The notes under the pieces: generated by a model
The model's input: only the letters and a program-made list of their open reading frames with translations
Databases searched by the model: none
Told to the model about the DNA's origin: nothing
Shown here: one piece after another, positions 18,224 through 29,212 of the stretch
Numbering within the stretch: the first letter of the stretch is position 1
How the letters are laid out: the number at the start of each line of letters is the position of its first letter
Position numbers and translations under genes: made by a program
Assembly (NCBI GenBank): GCA_964650515.1
Contig: CAZYUB010000006.1
Location: 13,858 to 77,857, forward strand
From: an uncultured Planctomycetia bacterium
GTDB lineage: Bacteria > Omnitrophota > Gorgyraeia > Pluralincolimonadales > Pluralincolimonadaceae
Reading direction: 5' to 3'
Length of the DNA stretch: 64,000 bases

Positions 18224-20335
18224 ATGATAGCACATCAGGATAAAAACATCAACAGTAAAAAGCAGCCCTTAAGCGACATCCCCGTACGTTTCGTGAAGGG
18301 CGTAGGGCCGGCGAGGGCCGAGATACTCAAGAAGCTCGATATCGGGACCGTCGAGGACCTGCTTTACCATTTCCCGCGAAGGTATGAGGACCGCAGCCGC
18401 TTCAATCCGATAAACAAACTAAAAGAGGGCGAGTACGCCGCCATCAGGGGAGAGGTACTGACGTCGGGCGTGCGCAGCGGCAGGCCCCGTTTCGGACGGG
18501 GCAAAGGTATGGCTGTATATAAGATGGCGTTCGGCGACGATACCGGCGTCATCTACGCCGTCTGGTTCAACCAGCCCTACATGCAGGATGTCTTCAAGCA
18601 AGGGGATAAGGTCATACTGTACGGTAAAGTGGAGAGATACAAGGACCTCCAGATCTCTAATCCCGAATTCGAGATAATAAACGACGAAGGCAAGGAAACT
18701 ATCCATACCGGAAGGATAGTCCCCATATATCCGTTGACCGAAGGGATAAGCCAGAGGGGCATGCGCACCGTGATAAAGAACCTGCTCGACAGGTACCTTG
18801 AAGATGCGGAGGAGTTCCTGCCCGAGGATATCAGGCAGAGGAACAACCTGCCCGCGCTGAAGCAGGCCCTTTCCAATATGCATTTCCCGGAGAGCGAGGA
18901 ACTGCGCATGGCCGCGTATGAGAGGGTCGTCTTCGACGAGTTCTTCGTGTTGCAGGTCGCGCTTGCGCAGAGGAGGCAGAAGATCAAAGGGCTCGGCACC
19001 GGCGTCGCGCATAAGACGGGCGGAGAGCTCGTCGGGTCGTTCAGGGCCATGCTGCCTTTCAAGCTTACCGACGCTCAGGAACGGGCCATAGAAGATATCG
19101 AAAAGGACATGGCGAGCGATAAGCCGATGAACCGCCTGCTCGAGGGCGATGTCGGGTCGGGAAAGACCATAGTCGCCGCGCATGCGCTCGTGCTGACGGT
19201 CTCGAACGGCTACCAGGGCGCGTTGATGGCGCCGACGGAGATACTCGCGCAGCAGCACTTCGCCGCGCTTAATAAAATCCTGAGCCCGCTCGGTATCAAT
19301 GTGATACTGCTTGGGGACGGGGAGCGGGAGGAGGCGCTGCGGATGATAGAGGAGGGGCGGGCGAATATCGCGGTCGGCACGCACGCTCTCATACAGGAAG
19401 GTGTCAGGTTCAAGCGCCTCGGGCTTGCCGTTGTGGACGAACAACATAAGTTCGGCGTTGACCAGAGGGCGCAGTTGAAGCAGAAAGGCATCAATCCCGA
19501 CATGCTGTTCATGACCGCGACACCGATACCGCGGACGCTCGCGATGACGCTCTACGGCGACCTCGACCTTTCGGTGCTGGATGAGATGCCGAAAGGCAGG
19601 ATACCGTCGAAATCATTCCTTGTCGGGGAGGATAAGCGCGAGGGCGTATATAAGTTCATCGCGCAGGAGGCCGCCGCCGGCAGCCAGGTGTTCATAATAT
19701 GCCCGCTGATAAAAAAGACCGGGAACAACGAGCTGAAGGCGGCTACCGAAACGTATGACAGGTTCAGGAAAAGTGTCTTCCCGGGGCTCAATGTAGGGCT
19801 CATCCACGGGAAGCTCGATAACGACGAGAAAGAGCGCGTGATGCGGGATTTTGGGGCGGGGAAGGTGCAGATACTCGTCTCGACCACCGTGGTCGAGGTC
19901 GGCATCGATAACCCGAACGTCTCGGTCATGCTCATAGAGAATCCCGAAAGATTCGGGCTTAGCCAGCTCCATCAGCTGCGCGGCAGGATAGGCAGGGGTA
20001 ACCAGCGCTCATACTGCATAATGATATCCGATACGGAGTCGGAAGAGGCGCGCAAGCGCATAAAAGCCCTGGTCAGCAACACGAGCGGGTTCAGCATCGC
20101 CGAAGAGGACCTCCAGCTGCGCGGCCCGGGACAGTTCTTCGGGACGAGGCAGCACGGCCTCCCGGAGCTGCGCTACGCGAACCTTCTCGCAAACGTCAGG
20201 CAGCTCGAGGCGGCGCGCAGGGAAGCGTTCGGGCTGGTCAGCGACGACACTCAGCTCGCGAAACCGCAGAACAGGCGCCTCAAAGAGGCCGTCAGGAGGA
20301 AGTTCCCCGATGAGGATAACAAGCGGGACTCATAA
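18224..20335 (+). CDS. recG: ATP-dependent DNA helicase RecG.
   Basis: Wedge domain, Walker A GDVGSGKT, DEQHKFG, and helicase C motifs. Confidence 0.9.
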   Translation: MIAHQDKNINSKKQPLSDIPVRFVKGVGPARAEILKKLDIGTVEDLLYHFPRRYEDRSRFNPINKLKEGEYAAIRGEVLTSGVRSGRPRFGRGKGMAVYKMAFGDDTGVIYAVWFNQPYMQDVFKQGDKVILYGKVERYKDLQISNPEFEIINDEGKETIHTGRIVPIYPLTEGISQRGMRTVIKNLLDRYLEDAEEFLPEDIRQRNNLPALKQALSNMHFPESEELRMAAYERVVFDEFFVLQVALAQRRQKIKGLGTGVAHKTGGELVGSFRAMLPFKLTDAQERAIEDIEKDMASDKPMNRLLEGDVGSGKTIVAAHALVLTVSNGYQGALMAPTEILAQQHFAALNKILSPLGINVILLGDGEREEALRMIEEGRANIAVGTHALIQEGVRFKRLGLAVVDEQHKFGVDQRAQLKQKGINPDMLFMTATPIPRTLAMTLYGDLDLSVLDEMPKGRIPSKSFLVGEDKREGVYKFIAQEAAAGSQVFIICPLIKKTGNNELKAATETYDRFRKSVFPGLNVGLIHGKLDNDEKERVMRDFGAGKVQILVSTTVVEVGIDNPNVSVMLIENPERFGLSQLHQLRGRIGRGNQRSYCIMISDTESEEARKRIKALVSNTSGFSIAEEDLQLRGPGQFFGTRQHGLPELRYANLLANVRQLEAARREAFGLVSDDTQLAKPQNRRLKEAVRRKFPDEDNKRDS

Positions 20336-20888
20336 AAGCAGGATAATAAAGGCCCCGGACAGCATAAGGCCCACGCTCGATAACGTCCGGAAGGCCATAT
20401 TCGATATACTGGGCGAGGGCGTAAATGGCTCCAGGGTGCTCGACCTCTTTGCCGGCTCAGGCGCGCTGGGCATCGAAGCCCTCAGCAGGGGGGCGGCCTC
20501 ATGTACGTTCGTCGATAACAGCCGCGCCTCCATAAAGGCCATAAAGGCGAACCTTGAGGGGCTGGGGCTCACGGGGGCCGGTCACGGGCCGTCGGAGAGT
20601 TCTGTCGTATACGCCGATTCCGAGGCCGCCATCGGCAGGCTCGCGGGCGACGGCGCCGCCTTCGACATAATACTGATGGACCCCCCGTATTATAAGGAAT
20701 TAGCCAAAAAAACCTTGTCTTTGCTGGGCGATTGTGATATATTGTCAGGGACTGGCGTAGTGGTTATAGAGCATTCCAAGCACGATGGCCCACTACCGCC
20801 TGTATGCGGGGGCCTAAAGCTCTTGCGTACCGCCAGGTACGGTGATACGCTGGTTTCATTTTATCGCAAGGACCAAGGCAAATCATGA
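20310..20888 (+). CDS. rsmD: 16S rRNA (guanine966-N2)-methyltransferase RsmD.
   Basis: VLDLFAGSGALGIEALSRGA and DPPY are the RsmD SAM and catalytic motifs. Confidence 0.75.
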   Translation: MRITSGTHKSRIIKAPDSIRPTLDNVRKAIFDILGEGVNGSRVLDLFAGSGALGIEALSRGAASCTFVDNSRASIKAIKANLEGLGLTGAGHGPSESSVVYADSEAAIGRLAGDGAAFDIILMDPPYYKELAKKTLSLLGDCDILSGTGVVVIEHSKHDGPLPPVCGGLKLLRTARYGDTLVSFYRKDQGKS

Positions 20889-21364
20889 AGAATAAGGCGG
20901 TCTATCCCGGGACTTTCGACCCGGTCACATTCGGCCATATCGACCTGATAAAAAGGGCCTTAAAGATCTTTGATACCGTCATAATCGCCGTCGCGCATAA
21001 CGCGGACAAGGCGCCGCTCTTCGGCGTCGGGGAGCGTATAGCGATGCTGAGGCAGGCGACCAAGGGCATGAAGGGCGTCGTCATAGAGAGCTTCGACGGG
21101 CTCGCGGTCGATTACGTCAGGAGGAAGGGCTCCGTCGTAATGGTCCGCGGCCTCAGGATGCTTTCGGACTTCGAATACGAGTTCCAGATGGCGCTGACGA
21201 ACAGGAAGCTCGGACAGGATATCGAGACGATATTCATGATGCCTTCGGAATCCTACTCATACCTTTCATCAAAACTCATCAAGGAGGCGTTCGCGCTCGG
21301 CGCAGACGTGAAGGACTTTGTCCCGCCGTTCGTCGCCAAGGCGCTCGCGAAAAAACTAAGATGA
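20885..21364 (+). CDS. coaD: Phosphopantetheine adenylyltransferase.
   Basis: AVYPGTFDPVTFGHIDLIKRA is the CoaD HxGH motif. Confidence 0.9.
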   Translation: MKNKAVYPGTFDPVTFGHIDLIKRALKIFDTVIIAVAHNADKAPLFGVGERIAMLRQATKGMKGVVIESFDGLAVDYVRRKGSVVMVRGLRMLSDFEYEFQMALTNRKLGQDIETIFMMPSESYSYLSSKLIKEAFALGADVKDFVPPFVAKALAKKLR

Positions 21365-21807
21365 AGATAAAAGTAAACGACATCCCGAAGGACGGCATCA
21401 CGCTGGAAGAGAAGCGGGACGCCGCGGCGCTTGACCTTGCGCGCGACGACCTTAAGTTCGTGACCCCCGTAGCCCTTTCGGCGTTCCTGACACGCGATAA
21501 GGACGACGTTTACGCGCACGTGAAGGCGAGCGGGCGCATAGAGGCGGTCTGCGGCAGGTGCCTCGCGGCGTATACGATAGATTTCGACAAGGAATTCGAT
21601 TTCAGTTATGATGTGAAGGGCAAGACCACCCTCGACTTGACGGACGACATAAGGGCGGAGATAATCCTCGAGTACCCGATCAAGCCGCTTTGCAGGGAGA
21701 ACTGCAAGGGGCTGTGCCAGGTGTGCGGCAAGAACCTTAACGAAGGCGATTGCGGGCACATGCCTGACGCGCAAAAATGGAACGAAGCGAAAAAGAACGG
21801 TAATTAA
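21361..21807 (+). CDS. yceD: YceD/DUF177 family protein (large-subunit accumulation factor).
   Basis: CxxC…CxxC at the C-terminus. Lies immediately upstream of rpmF, the conserved yceD-rpmF-plsX synteny. Confidence 0.75.
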   Translation: MKIKVNDIPKDGITLEEKRDAAALDLARDDLKFVTPVALSAFLTRDKDDVYAHVKASGRIEAVCGRCLAAYTIDFDKEFDFSYDVKGKTTLDLTDDIRAEIILEYPIKPLCRENCKGLCQVCGKNLNEGDCGHMPDAQKWNEAKKNGN

Positions 21808-21828
21808 GGAAAGAAGGAGAAGAGATAA

Positions 21829-22026
21829 ATGGCACTGCCAAAGAGAAAACATTCGAAAGCAAGGCGCGACAAATCCCGCACGCACCAGGTCCTGTCGGCA
21901 CCCCAGATAACGAAGTGCCCGCAATGTTTCGCGTCCGTAAAGACACATTGCGTGTGCCCGAGCTGCGGATATTATAAGGGGCGCAAGGTCCTTGACGTTA
22001 AGGTCAAGGAAGAGAAGAAGAAATGA
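21829..22026 (+). CDS. rpmF: 50S ribosomal protein L32.
   Basis: MALPKRKHSKARRDKSRTH… with CPxC…CxxC. Confidence 0.85.
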   Translation: MALPKRKHSKARRDKSRTHQVLSAPQITKCPQCFASVKTHCVCPSCGYYKGRKVLDVKVKEEKKK

Positions 22027-23015
22027 GGATAGCCGTAGATGGGATGGGAGGCGACTACGCGCCAAAGGTAGTCGTCGAAGGCGCTGTAATGGCCGCATCC
22101 GAATACGGGCATGAGGTTATAATCGTCGGCGACAGGCCGAGGATAGACGCGGAACTCGGAAGGATCGGCTCCATTCCTCCGGCTGTAAGCGTAGTGCATG
22201 CCTCGGAAGTCATCGACATGCACGAGCCGGGCGCTACCAGCGCCCGCGCGAAGAAGGACTCCTCGATATGCGTCGCGACGGAGCTTGTGAAGGAAGGCAA
22301 GGCCGACGCGGTAGTGTCGGCCGGCAATACGGCGGCATTCGTAAGCGCGGCGATGCTGTCGCTGCGCAGGCTTCCCGGCGTCGAACGGCCCGGCATCGCG
22401 ATACCGCTGCCGTCGATCAAGGGGCCGGTGGTGCTGATAGACGTCGGAGCGACGATAAACCCGGAGCCGGAGCACCTGTTGGGTTTTGCCGTCATGGGCG
22501 GCGTCTATGCCCGCCATATATTGCGGATGGAAAATCCTTCGATAGGCCTGCTGAATATCGGCGAAGAATCCTCGAAGGGCCCCGATTACCTTAAGCAGGC
22601 GCACCAGCTGCTCGAGTCGAGCAACTTGAATTTCAAGGGCAACGCGGAAGGCAAGGACATATTCGCCGGCCATTTCGACGTCGTTGTATGCGACGGTTAT
22701 ACGGGCAACGTGGTGCTGAAGGTATCGGAATCGATAGCGACCACGATCGCCTCGTTCATAAAGGACCAGATCAAAAAAGACCCGCTGAGGATGCTCGGCG
22801 GGCTTCTTACTAAATCGGCGTTCGAGGCCGTGAAGAAACAGATCGACTACGCCGAATACGGGGGCGCCCCGCTGCTGGGCGTCAACGGCATATGCATAAT
22901 AAGCCACGGCCGCTCGTCGGCTAAGGCCGTCAAGAACGCGATCAGGGTCGCGGGCGAATTCGTAGAGCACAAAGTGAACAACCATATCCTCGAAGCGGTA
23001 AAGACCCTCAAATGA
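22023..23015 (+). CDS. plsX: Phosphate acyltransferase PlsX.
   Basis: MRIAVDGMGGDYAPK… and the full PlsX length. Confidence 0.9.
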   Translation: MRIAVDGMGGDYAPKVVVEGAVMAASEYGHEVIIVGDRPRIDAELGRIGSIPPAVSVVHASEVIDMHEPGATSARAKKDSSICVATELVKEGKADAVVSAGNTAAFVSAAMLSLRRLPGVERPGIAIPLPSIKGPVVLIDVGATINPEPEHLLGFAVMGGVYARHILRMENPSIGLLNIGEESSKGPDYLKQAHQLLESSNLNFKGNAEGKDIFAGHFDVVVCDGYTGNVVLKVSESIATTIASFIKDQIKKDPLRMLGGLLTKSAFEAVKKQIDYAEYGGAPLLGVNGICIISHGRSSAKAVKNAIRVAGEFVEHKVNNHILEAVKTLK

Positions 23016-24028
23016 CGCCAAAACCGAAAACCACCCGGAAACGATCTAATAAGGTAAAGGCCGGCATAATAGGCCTCGGCGCGTACCTGCCGGCAAAGGT
23101 CATGACGAACCTTGACCTCGAGAAACTTGTCGAGACCTCGGACGAATGGATACGCACGAGGACCGGGATCTCCGAACGCAGGATAGCGTGCAAGGAGGAG
23201 ATGACATCGGACCTCGCGGTACATGCGGCCAGGGCCGCGATAAAAGACGCGAAGCTTGACCCGAAGGACATAGAGCTCATAATACTCGCGACGATAACAC
23301 CGGATATGCCTTTCCCCGCAACGAGCTGTTTCGTGCAGGCGAAGATCGGCGCCGTGAATGCCGCGTGTTTTGATATCAGCGCCGCGTGTTCCGGTTTTAT
23401 ACACGAGATTACGATAGCGCAGCAGTTCATAGAGAGCGGGATGTATAAGAATATACTTGTTATCGGCGTCGAGCTGCTTTCCCGTTTCGTCGACTGGAAG
23501 GACCGCTCGACATGCGTGCTCTTCGGCGACGGCGCGGGGGCGGCCGTCATAGCGCCGGTCAAGGAAGGCGGCATATTGTCTTCTTATCTCGGGGCAGACG
23601 GAACAAAGAGCGGGTTGCTGATGTTCCCCGCGGGCGGTTCGGTGAATCCCGCTTCGCACGAGACGGTGACGCAGGGCCTGCATTTCCTGAAGATGGAAGG
23701 CAATGAGGTGTTCAAGAACGCCGTTCGGGTAATGACGGACGCGGTCGGTAAAGCTATCGCGAAGGCGGGCCTTTCGACCGAGGATATAGATTGCATAATT
23801 CCCCACCAGGCCAACAAGAGGATAATAGAAGCTGTTATCTCCCGGGTCGGTATACCTGCAGAGAAGGCCTTCGTGAACGTCGAAAAATACGGCAACATGT
23901 CTGCCGCCTCGGCGATCGTCGCGCTTTTTGAAGCCGTAAAGGAGGGGCGCGTGAAGAAGGGTGATAATGTCCTTCTTGTAGCGTTCGGGAGCGGTTTTGT
24001 CTGGGGGTCATGCGTAATAGAATGGTAG
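23012..24028 (+). CDS. fabH: 3-oxoacyl-ACP synthase III.
   Basis: Active-site C in AACSGF, plus the H and N region; FabH-typical. Confidence 0.9.
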   Translation: MTPKPKTTRKRSNKVKAGIIGLGAYLPAKVMTNLDLEKLVETSDEWIRTRTGISERRIACKEEMTSDLAVHAARAAIKDAKLDPKDIELIILATITPDMPFPATSCFVQAKIGAVNAACFDISAACSGFIHEITIAQQFIESGMYKNILVIGVELLSRFVDWKDRSTCVLFGDGAGAAVIAPVKEGGILSSYLGADGTKSGLLMFPAGGSVNPASHETVTQGLHFLKMEGNEVFKNAVRVMTDAVGKAIAKAGLSTEDIDCIIPHQANKRIIEAVISRVGIPAEKAFVNVEKYGNMSAASAIVALFEAVKEGRVKKGDNVLLVAFGSGFVWGSCVIEW

Positions 24029-24957
24029 ATACCGCTATAATATTCCCCGGACAGGGGGCCCAGTATATAGGAATGGGCAAGGAGCTATACGGACAGTTTC
24101 CCGCCTCGAAAGTAATATTCGAAAAAGCCAGCAGGACCCTCGGTTTCGACATTGCAAAACTCTGTTTTGAAGGGCCCAAGGAAGAGTTGACAAGGACAGA
24201 TATCTGCCAACCGGCGATACTTACCGTTTCTATTGCTGCGCTGAGGGCGCTTGAATCCGCGCTGCCGGCCCCGTTGGCGCCGAAGGCGGCCTTAGGGCTA
24301 AGTTTGGGCGAGTATACCGCTCTTGTGGCGGCGGGATCGATAGCATTCGACGACGCGGTCGCGCTCGTCAGGAAACGCGGGCAGTATATGGAGGAGGCCT
24401 CGCGCGAGAACCCCGGCACGATGGCGTCGGTGATAGGTTTTCCGCTCGAAGAGACGAAGAAGGCCTGCGATGAGACGGGCGCCGAGATAGCGAACCTGAA
24501 CTCTCCCGGGCAGATAGTGATATCCGGGACCAAAGAGAAGGTCGAAGCGGCCTCTAACCTCGCGAGGGAAAGGGGAGCGAGGAAGGTAATACCGCTCGAT
24601 GTAAGCGGCGCTTTCCACTCCGGCCTCATGGAACCGGCAGCGCGCAGGCTGAGGGCCGAGGTGGATAATATAGATATAAAGGAACCGAAGATAAGGGTAG
24701 TCACGAATGTCAGCGCGGGATATGAATCCTCCCCGGACGAGATCAGGGCGAACCTCGTGACGCAGGTAAAGTCGTCCGTGCTCTGGGAGGACTCTATTAA
24801 GCTCCTCGCGCATGAGGGTATAAAGAGGTATATTGAAGTCGGGCCGGGAAAGGTGCTCGCAGGGCTGTTGCGCAGGATCGACCCGGCGCTCGAGTGCCTT
24901 AACGTGGAGACCGCCTCCGACGTTTTAGCCGTAAAAGAAGCGTTGGCGCAGGGGTAG
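24010..24957 (+). CDS. fabD: Malonyl-CoA:ACP transacylase.
   Basis: FPGQGAQ and GLSLGEY motifs. Confidence 0.9.
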   Translation: MRNRMVDTAIIFPGQGAQYIGMGKELYGQFPASKVIFEKASRTLGFDIAKLCFEGPKEELTRTDICQPAILTVSIAALRALESALPAPLAPKAALGLSLGEYTALVAAGSIAFDDAVALVRKRGQYMEEASRENPGTMASVIGFPLEETKKACDETGAEIANLNSPGQIVISGTKEKVEAASNLARERGARKVIPLDVSGAFHSGLMEPAARRLRAEVDNIDIKEPKIRVVTNVSAGYESSPDEIRANLVTQVKSSVLWEDSIKLLAHEGIKRYIEVGPGKVLAGLLRRIDPALECLNVETASDVLAVKEALAQG

Positions 24958-24970
24958 AGAGGAGAAACTC

Positions 24971-25711
24971 ATGATATTCAAGGATAGGGTGTGCCTCGTG
25001 ACCGGAGGAGCAAGGGGTATAGGCAGGGAGATAGCGCTTGCGTTCGCAAAAAACGGCGCGGATATAGCGCTCTGCGACGTGAACCAGGAGGCCCTTGACG
25101 TTACGAGCAAAGAGATAGAAGCGCTCGGGCGTAAAGCGGCGACGTTCGTCGTCGACGTGACGAACCTCTCGCAGGTCGAGGATATGGTCAATAAGACGCT
25201 TGACAAATTCCAGAAAATCGATATACTGGTTAACAATGCAGGCATAACCAGGGACGCCTTGATAGTCCGCATGAGCGAGCAGGAGTTCGACTCCGTGATC
25301 GCCGTAAACCTAAAGGGGACATTCAATTGCACCAAGGCGTGCTCAAAGGTCATGATGAAGCAGAGATACGGGAAGATCGTGTCGATAGCTTCGATCATCG
25401 GGATAATGGGTAATGCCGGGCAAGCCAATTACGCGGCTTCCAAGGCGGGCATAATAGGGATAACTAAGAGCGTCGCGAAGGAACTGGCTTCGCGGAACGT
25501 GAACGTGAACGCGATCGCTCCGGGCTTCATAGAGACCGATATGACGGCCAAGCTTCCCGAGAACGTAAAGGCCCAGATGCTGTCCCTGATCCCTTTAAAT
25601 AGATTCGGGAAAGCGAACGACGTAGCTGAACTGGCGATGTTCCTGGCATCTGAAGCGTCGTCATATATAACAGGGCAGGTTATAAAGATCGACGGCGGGA
25701 TGGTCATGTAG
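24971..25711 (+). CDS. fabG: 3-oxoacyl-ACP reductase.
   Basis: SDR with [12 protein letters not shown] and YAASK. Confidence 0.9.
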   Translation: MIFKDRVCLVTGGARGIGREIALAFAKNGADIALCDVNQEALDVTSKEIEALGRKAATFVVDVTNLSQVEDMVNKTLDKFQKIDILVNNAGITRDALIVRMSEQEFDSVIAVNLKGTFNCTKACSKVMMKQRYGKIVSIASIIGIMGNAGQANYAASKAGIIGITKSVAKELASRNVNVNAIAPGFIETDMTAKLPENVKAQMLSLIPLNRFGKANDVAELAMFLASEASSYITGQVIKIDGGMVM

Positions 25712-25733
25712 TCAACCCAACAAGGAGGAGTAC

Positions 25734-25979
25734 ATGTCGGCTGTAGCAGATAAAGTAAGGGAGATAATAGCAAAGCAGTTAGGCGTAAAACTCGAAGAAG
25801 TCACCCCCCAGGCGACGTTCATAGACGACCTCGGCGCGGATTCGCTCGATACGGTCGAGATAGTCATGGCGCTTGAAGAGGAATTCAAGGCGGAGATACC
25901 GGATGAAGACGCCGAGAAGATGAAGACGGTCGGCGAGGCCATAAAATATATCGAAGAGAAATCGGGCGGTAAGGCCTAG
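25734..25979 (+). CDS. acpP: Acyl carrier protein.
   Basis: The DLGADSLD phosphopantetheine site. Strong RBS AAGGAGGAG. Confidence 0.9.
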   Translation: MSAVADKVREIIAKQLGVKLEEVTPQATFIDDLGADSLDTVEIVMALEEEFKAEIPDEDAEKMKTVGEAIKYIEEKSGGKA

Positions 25980-25987
25980 CATTGTAG

Positions 25988-27235
25988 ATGGAAAGAAGAA
26001 GAGTCGTAGTCACCGGCCTTGGCGCCGTCACTCCGGTAGGGAACAGCAAAGACGAACTTTGGGCCTCCCTTCTCGCGGGAAAGAGCGGCGCAGGCAGGAT
26101 AACCCAGTTCGATCCCTCGGAATTTGACAGCCAGATCGCCTGCGAGGTCAAGGGTTTCGACCCCTCCAATTATATCGCGAACCAGAAGGACATCAGGAGG
26201 ATGGACCGGTTCGTCCAGTTCGCGGTCAGTTCCACTAAAATGGCGATCGATGATTCCGGGCTGGACATCTCAAAAGAGGACCCCTACAGGATCGGCGTAC
26301 TCGTCGGTTCAGGCATAGGGGGCCTTAAGGTTATCCAGGACCAGACCCTTATTTGGAAGGAGAAAGGCCCCGGAAGGCTCGCGCCTCTCCTGATACCCAT
26401 GCTTATAGTCAATATGGCACCCGGCCAGATATCCATACAGTTCGGGCTCAAGGGCCCGAACTCGTGCGTTGCGACGGCATGCGCGACGGGTAACCATTCG
26501 ATAGGCGAAGCCCTGAGGCTTATCCAGCACGGCTATGCCGATGTCATGGTATCCGGAGGAACGGAGGCGGCGGTTGTGCCTACGGGAGTCGGCGGTTTTT
26601 GCGCACTGACCGCGCTTTCCAAGAGGAATAATGAGCCGGAGCGCGCGAGCAGGCCGTTCGAGAAGGACAGGGACGGCTTTGTCATAGGCGAGGGCTGCGG
26701 TATCGCGATACTTGAAGAACTCGGGCACGCGCAGAAACGCGGCGCGAAGATATATGCCGAAGTAGCAGGATACGGCATGTCGGGCGACGCCTATCATATG
26801 ACGGCCCCTGACCCGAACGGGGAAGGCGCCGCGATGTGCATGAAGCTCGCGCTTAAGGACGGCGGGCTGAAACTTGAGGACGTATCCTACATAAATGCCC
26901 ACGGCACTTCCACGCAGCTTAACGACAAGATAGAGACGCTCGCGATAAAGAAGGTCTTCGGCGAGCTAGCATACAAGATACCCGTAAGCTCGACTAAATC
27001 AATGACGGGCCACTGCCTCGGCGCGGCCGGCGGTGTCGAGTTCGCCGCGTGCGTCATGGCGATAAAGGAGGATATAGTGCCTCCGACCGTAAATTACGAG
27101 ACGCCAGACCCGGCCTGCGATCTCGATTATGTACCGAACAAGGCAAGGAAGGTCAAGGTCAACGTCGCGATATCCAACGCATTCGGCTTTGGCGGGCACA
27201 ATGCGTGCATCGCCGTCAAGAAATTCCTGCCTTAA
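25988..27235 (+). CDS. fabF: 3-oxoacyl-ACP synthase II.
   Basis: KAS I/II with active site ACATG and HGTST. Confidence 0.9.
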   Translation: MERRRVVVTGLGAVTPVGNSKDELWASLLAGKSGAGRITQFDPSEFDSQIACEVKGFDPSNYIANQKDIRRMDRFVQFAVSSTKMAIDDSGLDISKEDPYRIGVLVGSGIGGLKVIQDQTLIWKEKGPGRLAPLLIPMLIVNMAPGQISIQFGLKGPNSCVATACATGNHSIGEALRLIQHGYADVMVSGGTEAAVVPTGVGGFCALTALSKRNNEPERASRPFEKDRDGFVIGEGCGIAILEELGHAQKRGAKIYAEVAGYGMSGDAYHMTAPDPNGEGAAMCMKLALKDGGLKLEDVSYINAHGTSTQLNDKIETLAIKKVFGELAYKIPVSSTKSMTGHCLGAAGGVEFAACVMAIKEDIVPPTVNYETPDPACDLDYVPNKARKVKVNVAISNAFGFGGHNACIAVKKFLP

Positions 27236-27253
27236 AAATTATGGAGTAAAAAA

Positions 27254-28408
27254 ATGGATTACCTTTTAACCGAACAGCAGGTAATGGTGCGCGACCTTGC
27301 GCGCAAGATCGCGAAAGAGAAGATAGCCCCGGTTGCGGCCGAGCATGACGAGAAGGAGACCTTTCCCTGGGAGATAATGAAGGTCATGGCCGAATCCGAC
27401 CTCTGCGGCGTGTATATAGAGGAGAAGTACGGCGGCCTCGGCGGCGGCGCGATGGAGCTCTGCCTCGTGACCGAGGAACTCTCCCGCGCGTGCGGAGGCA
27501 TCGCGATATGCTTCGCGGCAACCGCGCTCGGCACTTACCCGATAATACTGTTCGGAAGCGACGCGCAGAAGCAGAAGTACCTTCCGGAGATAGCGAGCGG
27601 CAGGAAGCTCGCGGCTTTCGCCCTTACCGAGGCCGGCGCGGGCTCGGACGCGGGTGCCATCGCCACGACCGCCAGGAAAGAGGGCGACTATTACGTCCTG
27701 AACGGCGTGAAGCAGTGGATAACCAACGGCGGGGAAGCGGAGATATACACGGTCATAGCGATGACCGACAGGGACAAGGGAGCCCGCGGGGCGAGCTTCT
27801 TCATAGTCGAAAAGGGGACCCCCGGTTTCGATTTCGGCAAGAAAGAGAAGAAACTCGGCATCCGCGCGTCGGCGACGCGAGAGCTCATATTCAATGAGTG
27901 CAAGGTCCATAAGGATAACCTGCTCGGCCGCGAGGGCATGGGTTTTATAGTAGCCATGAAGACCTTCGATAAGTCGCGCCCGGGTGTCGCGGCTCAGGCC
28001 GTAGGCATAGCGCAGGGCGCGCTGGACCACGCGGTCAAATATTCGCGCGAACGCAAACAGTTCGGCAAGACCATATCGTCGTTCCAGGGGCTCCAGTTCA
28101 TGCTCGCGGACATGGCTACGCAGGTCGAGGCGGCGCGCGCGCTGACTTACGCCACCGCTAGGATGGTCGACGCGGGCGCGAGGGATGTATCGAAGGAATC
28201 CGCGATGGTGAAATTGTTCGCCTCAGATACCGCGATGAAGGTCACGACGGACGCGATACAGGTCCTCGGCGGGTACGGTTACATGCGCGATTACCCGGTC
28301 GAGAAGTACATGCGCGACGCGAAGATAACACAGATATACGAAGGCACGAACCAGATACAGCGAAACATAATAGCGCTTGAGGTGCTGAAAGAGCAGTTGA
28401 AGAAATGA
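27254..28408 (+). CDS. Acyl-CoA dehydrogenase (short/medium-chain type).
   Basis: ACAD fold motifs, including the catalytic YEGTNQIQR end. Confidence 0.8.
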   Translation: MDYLLTEQQVMVRDLARKIAKEKIAPVAAEHDEKETFPWEIMKVMAESDLCGVYIEEKYGGLGGGAMELCLVTEELSRACGGIAICFAATALGTYPIILFGSDAQKQKYLPEIASGRKLAAFALTEAGAGSDAGAIATTARKEGDYYVLNGVKQWITNGGEAEIYTVIAMTDRDKGARGASFFIVEKGTPGFDFGKKEKKLGIRASATRELIFNECKVHKDNLLGREGMGFIVAMKTFDKSRPGVAAQAVGIAQGALDHAVKYSRERKQFGKTISSFQGLQFMLADMATQVEAARALTYATARMVDAGARDVSKESAMVKLFASDTAMKVTTDAIQVLGGYGYMRDYPVEKYMRDAKITQIYEGTNQIQRNIIALEVLKEQLKK

Positions 28409-29211
28409 ACATTATCGTCTGCATAAAACAGGTCCCCGATACGCAGGACATCAGGATAAATCCCGAGACGAACACCCTCATGCGCGAGGGCGTCCAGTCG
28501 ATAGTCAACCCGTTCGATATGTACGCGATAGAAGAGGCGCTCAGGATAAAGGAAAAACTCGGCGCCGCCACGACGAAGATAACGGTCCTTTCGATGGGCC
28601 CGCAGCAGGCCGAAGAGGCGCTGCGCGAGGCGGTCTCGATGGGCGTCGATGAGATGGTGCTGATGTGCGACAGGGCTTTCGCGGGTTCCGATACCTGGGC
28701 GACCAGCTACACTCTCGCGAAGGGCATACAGAAACTCGGGAAGTTCGACCTTATAATATGCGGCAAGCAGGCCATAGACGGCGACACGGCGCAGGTCGGC
28801 CCCGGCATCGCCGCGACGCTCGATATCCCGCAGGTGACCTACGTCAAGAAGACCGAAGAGATCAAGGAAGGTTCCGCGCGCTTCGAGAGGATGACAGAGG
28901 AGGGATATGAGGTCATAGAGACGCCGCTGCCCTGCCTGATAACGGTCGTGAAAGAGATAAATATCCCGCGCCTGCCGTCGTTGAAGGGTAAGATAAAGGC
29001 GAAGCAGTCGAAGGCAGCGGTCATATGCGCTAAGGATATAGACGCGGACCCGGAGAGGTTAGGCCTGAAGGGGTCGCCTACGGTGGTCAACAAGATATTC
29101 TCCCCGCCGAAGAGGACGGGCGGCCAGATGCTCCAGGGGGAGGTCCCGGAGATAGTAGGAAAGCTGGCGGATTCCATCAAGGATGTGGTCATATCTGTGA
29201 GCAAGACATAA
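28405..29211 (+). CDS. etfB: Electron transfer flavoprotein beta subunit.
   Basis: [13 protein letters not shown]… is the EtfB N-terminus. Coupled to the ACAD stop (ATGA). Confidence 0.8.
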   Translation: MNIIVCIKQVPDTQDIRINPETNTLMREGVQSIVNPFDMYAIEEALRIKEKLGAATTKITVLSMGPQQAEEALREAVSMGVDEMVLMCDRAFAGSDTWATSYTLAKGIQKLGKFDLIICGKQAIDGDTAQVGPGIAATLDIPQVTYVKKTEEIKEGSARFERMTEEGYEVIETPLPCLITVVKEINIPRLPSLKGKIKAKQSKAAVICAKDIDADPERLGLKGSPTVVNKIFSPPKRTGGQMLQGEVPEIVGKLADSIKDVVISVSKT

Positions 29212-29212
29212 A

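Noticed and set aside
18185-18225. TTGACA at 18185-90 and TATAAT at 18220-25 as a promoter pair upstream of recG.
   Set aside because: The spacer is 29 bp, which is too long. The TATAAT overlaps the recG ATG. This is probably a coincidental AT-rich intergenic sequence between divergent rpmB and recG.
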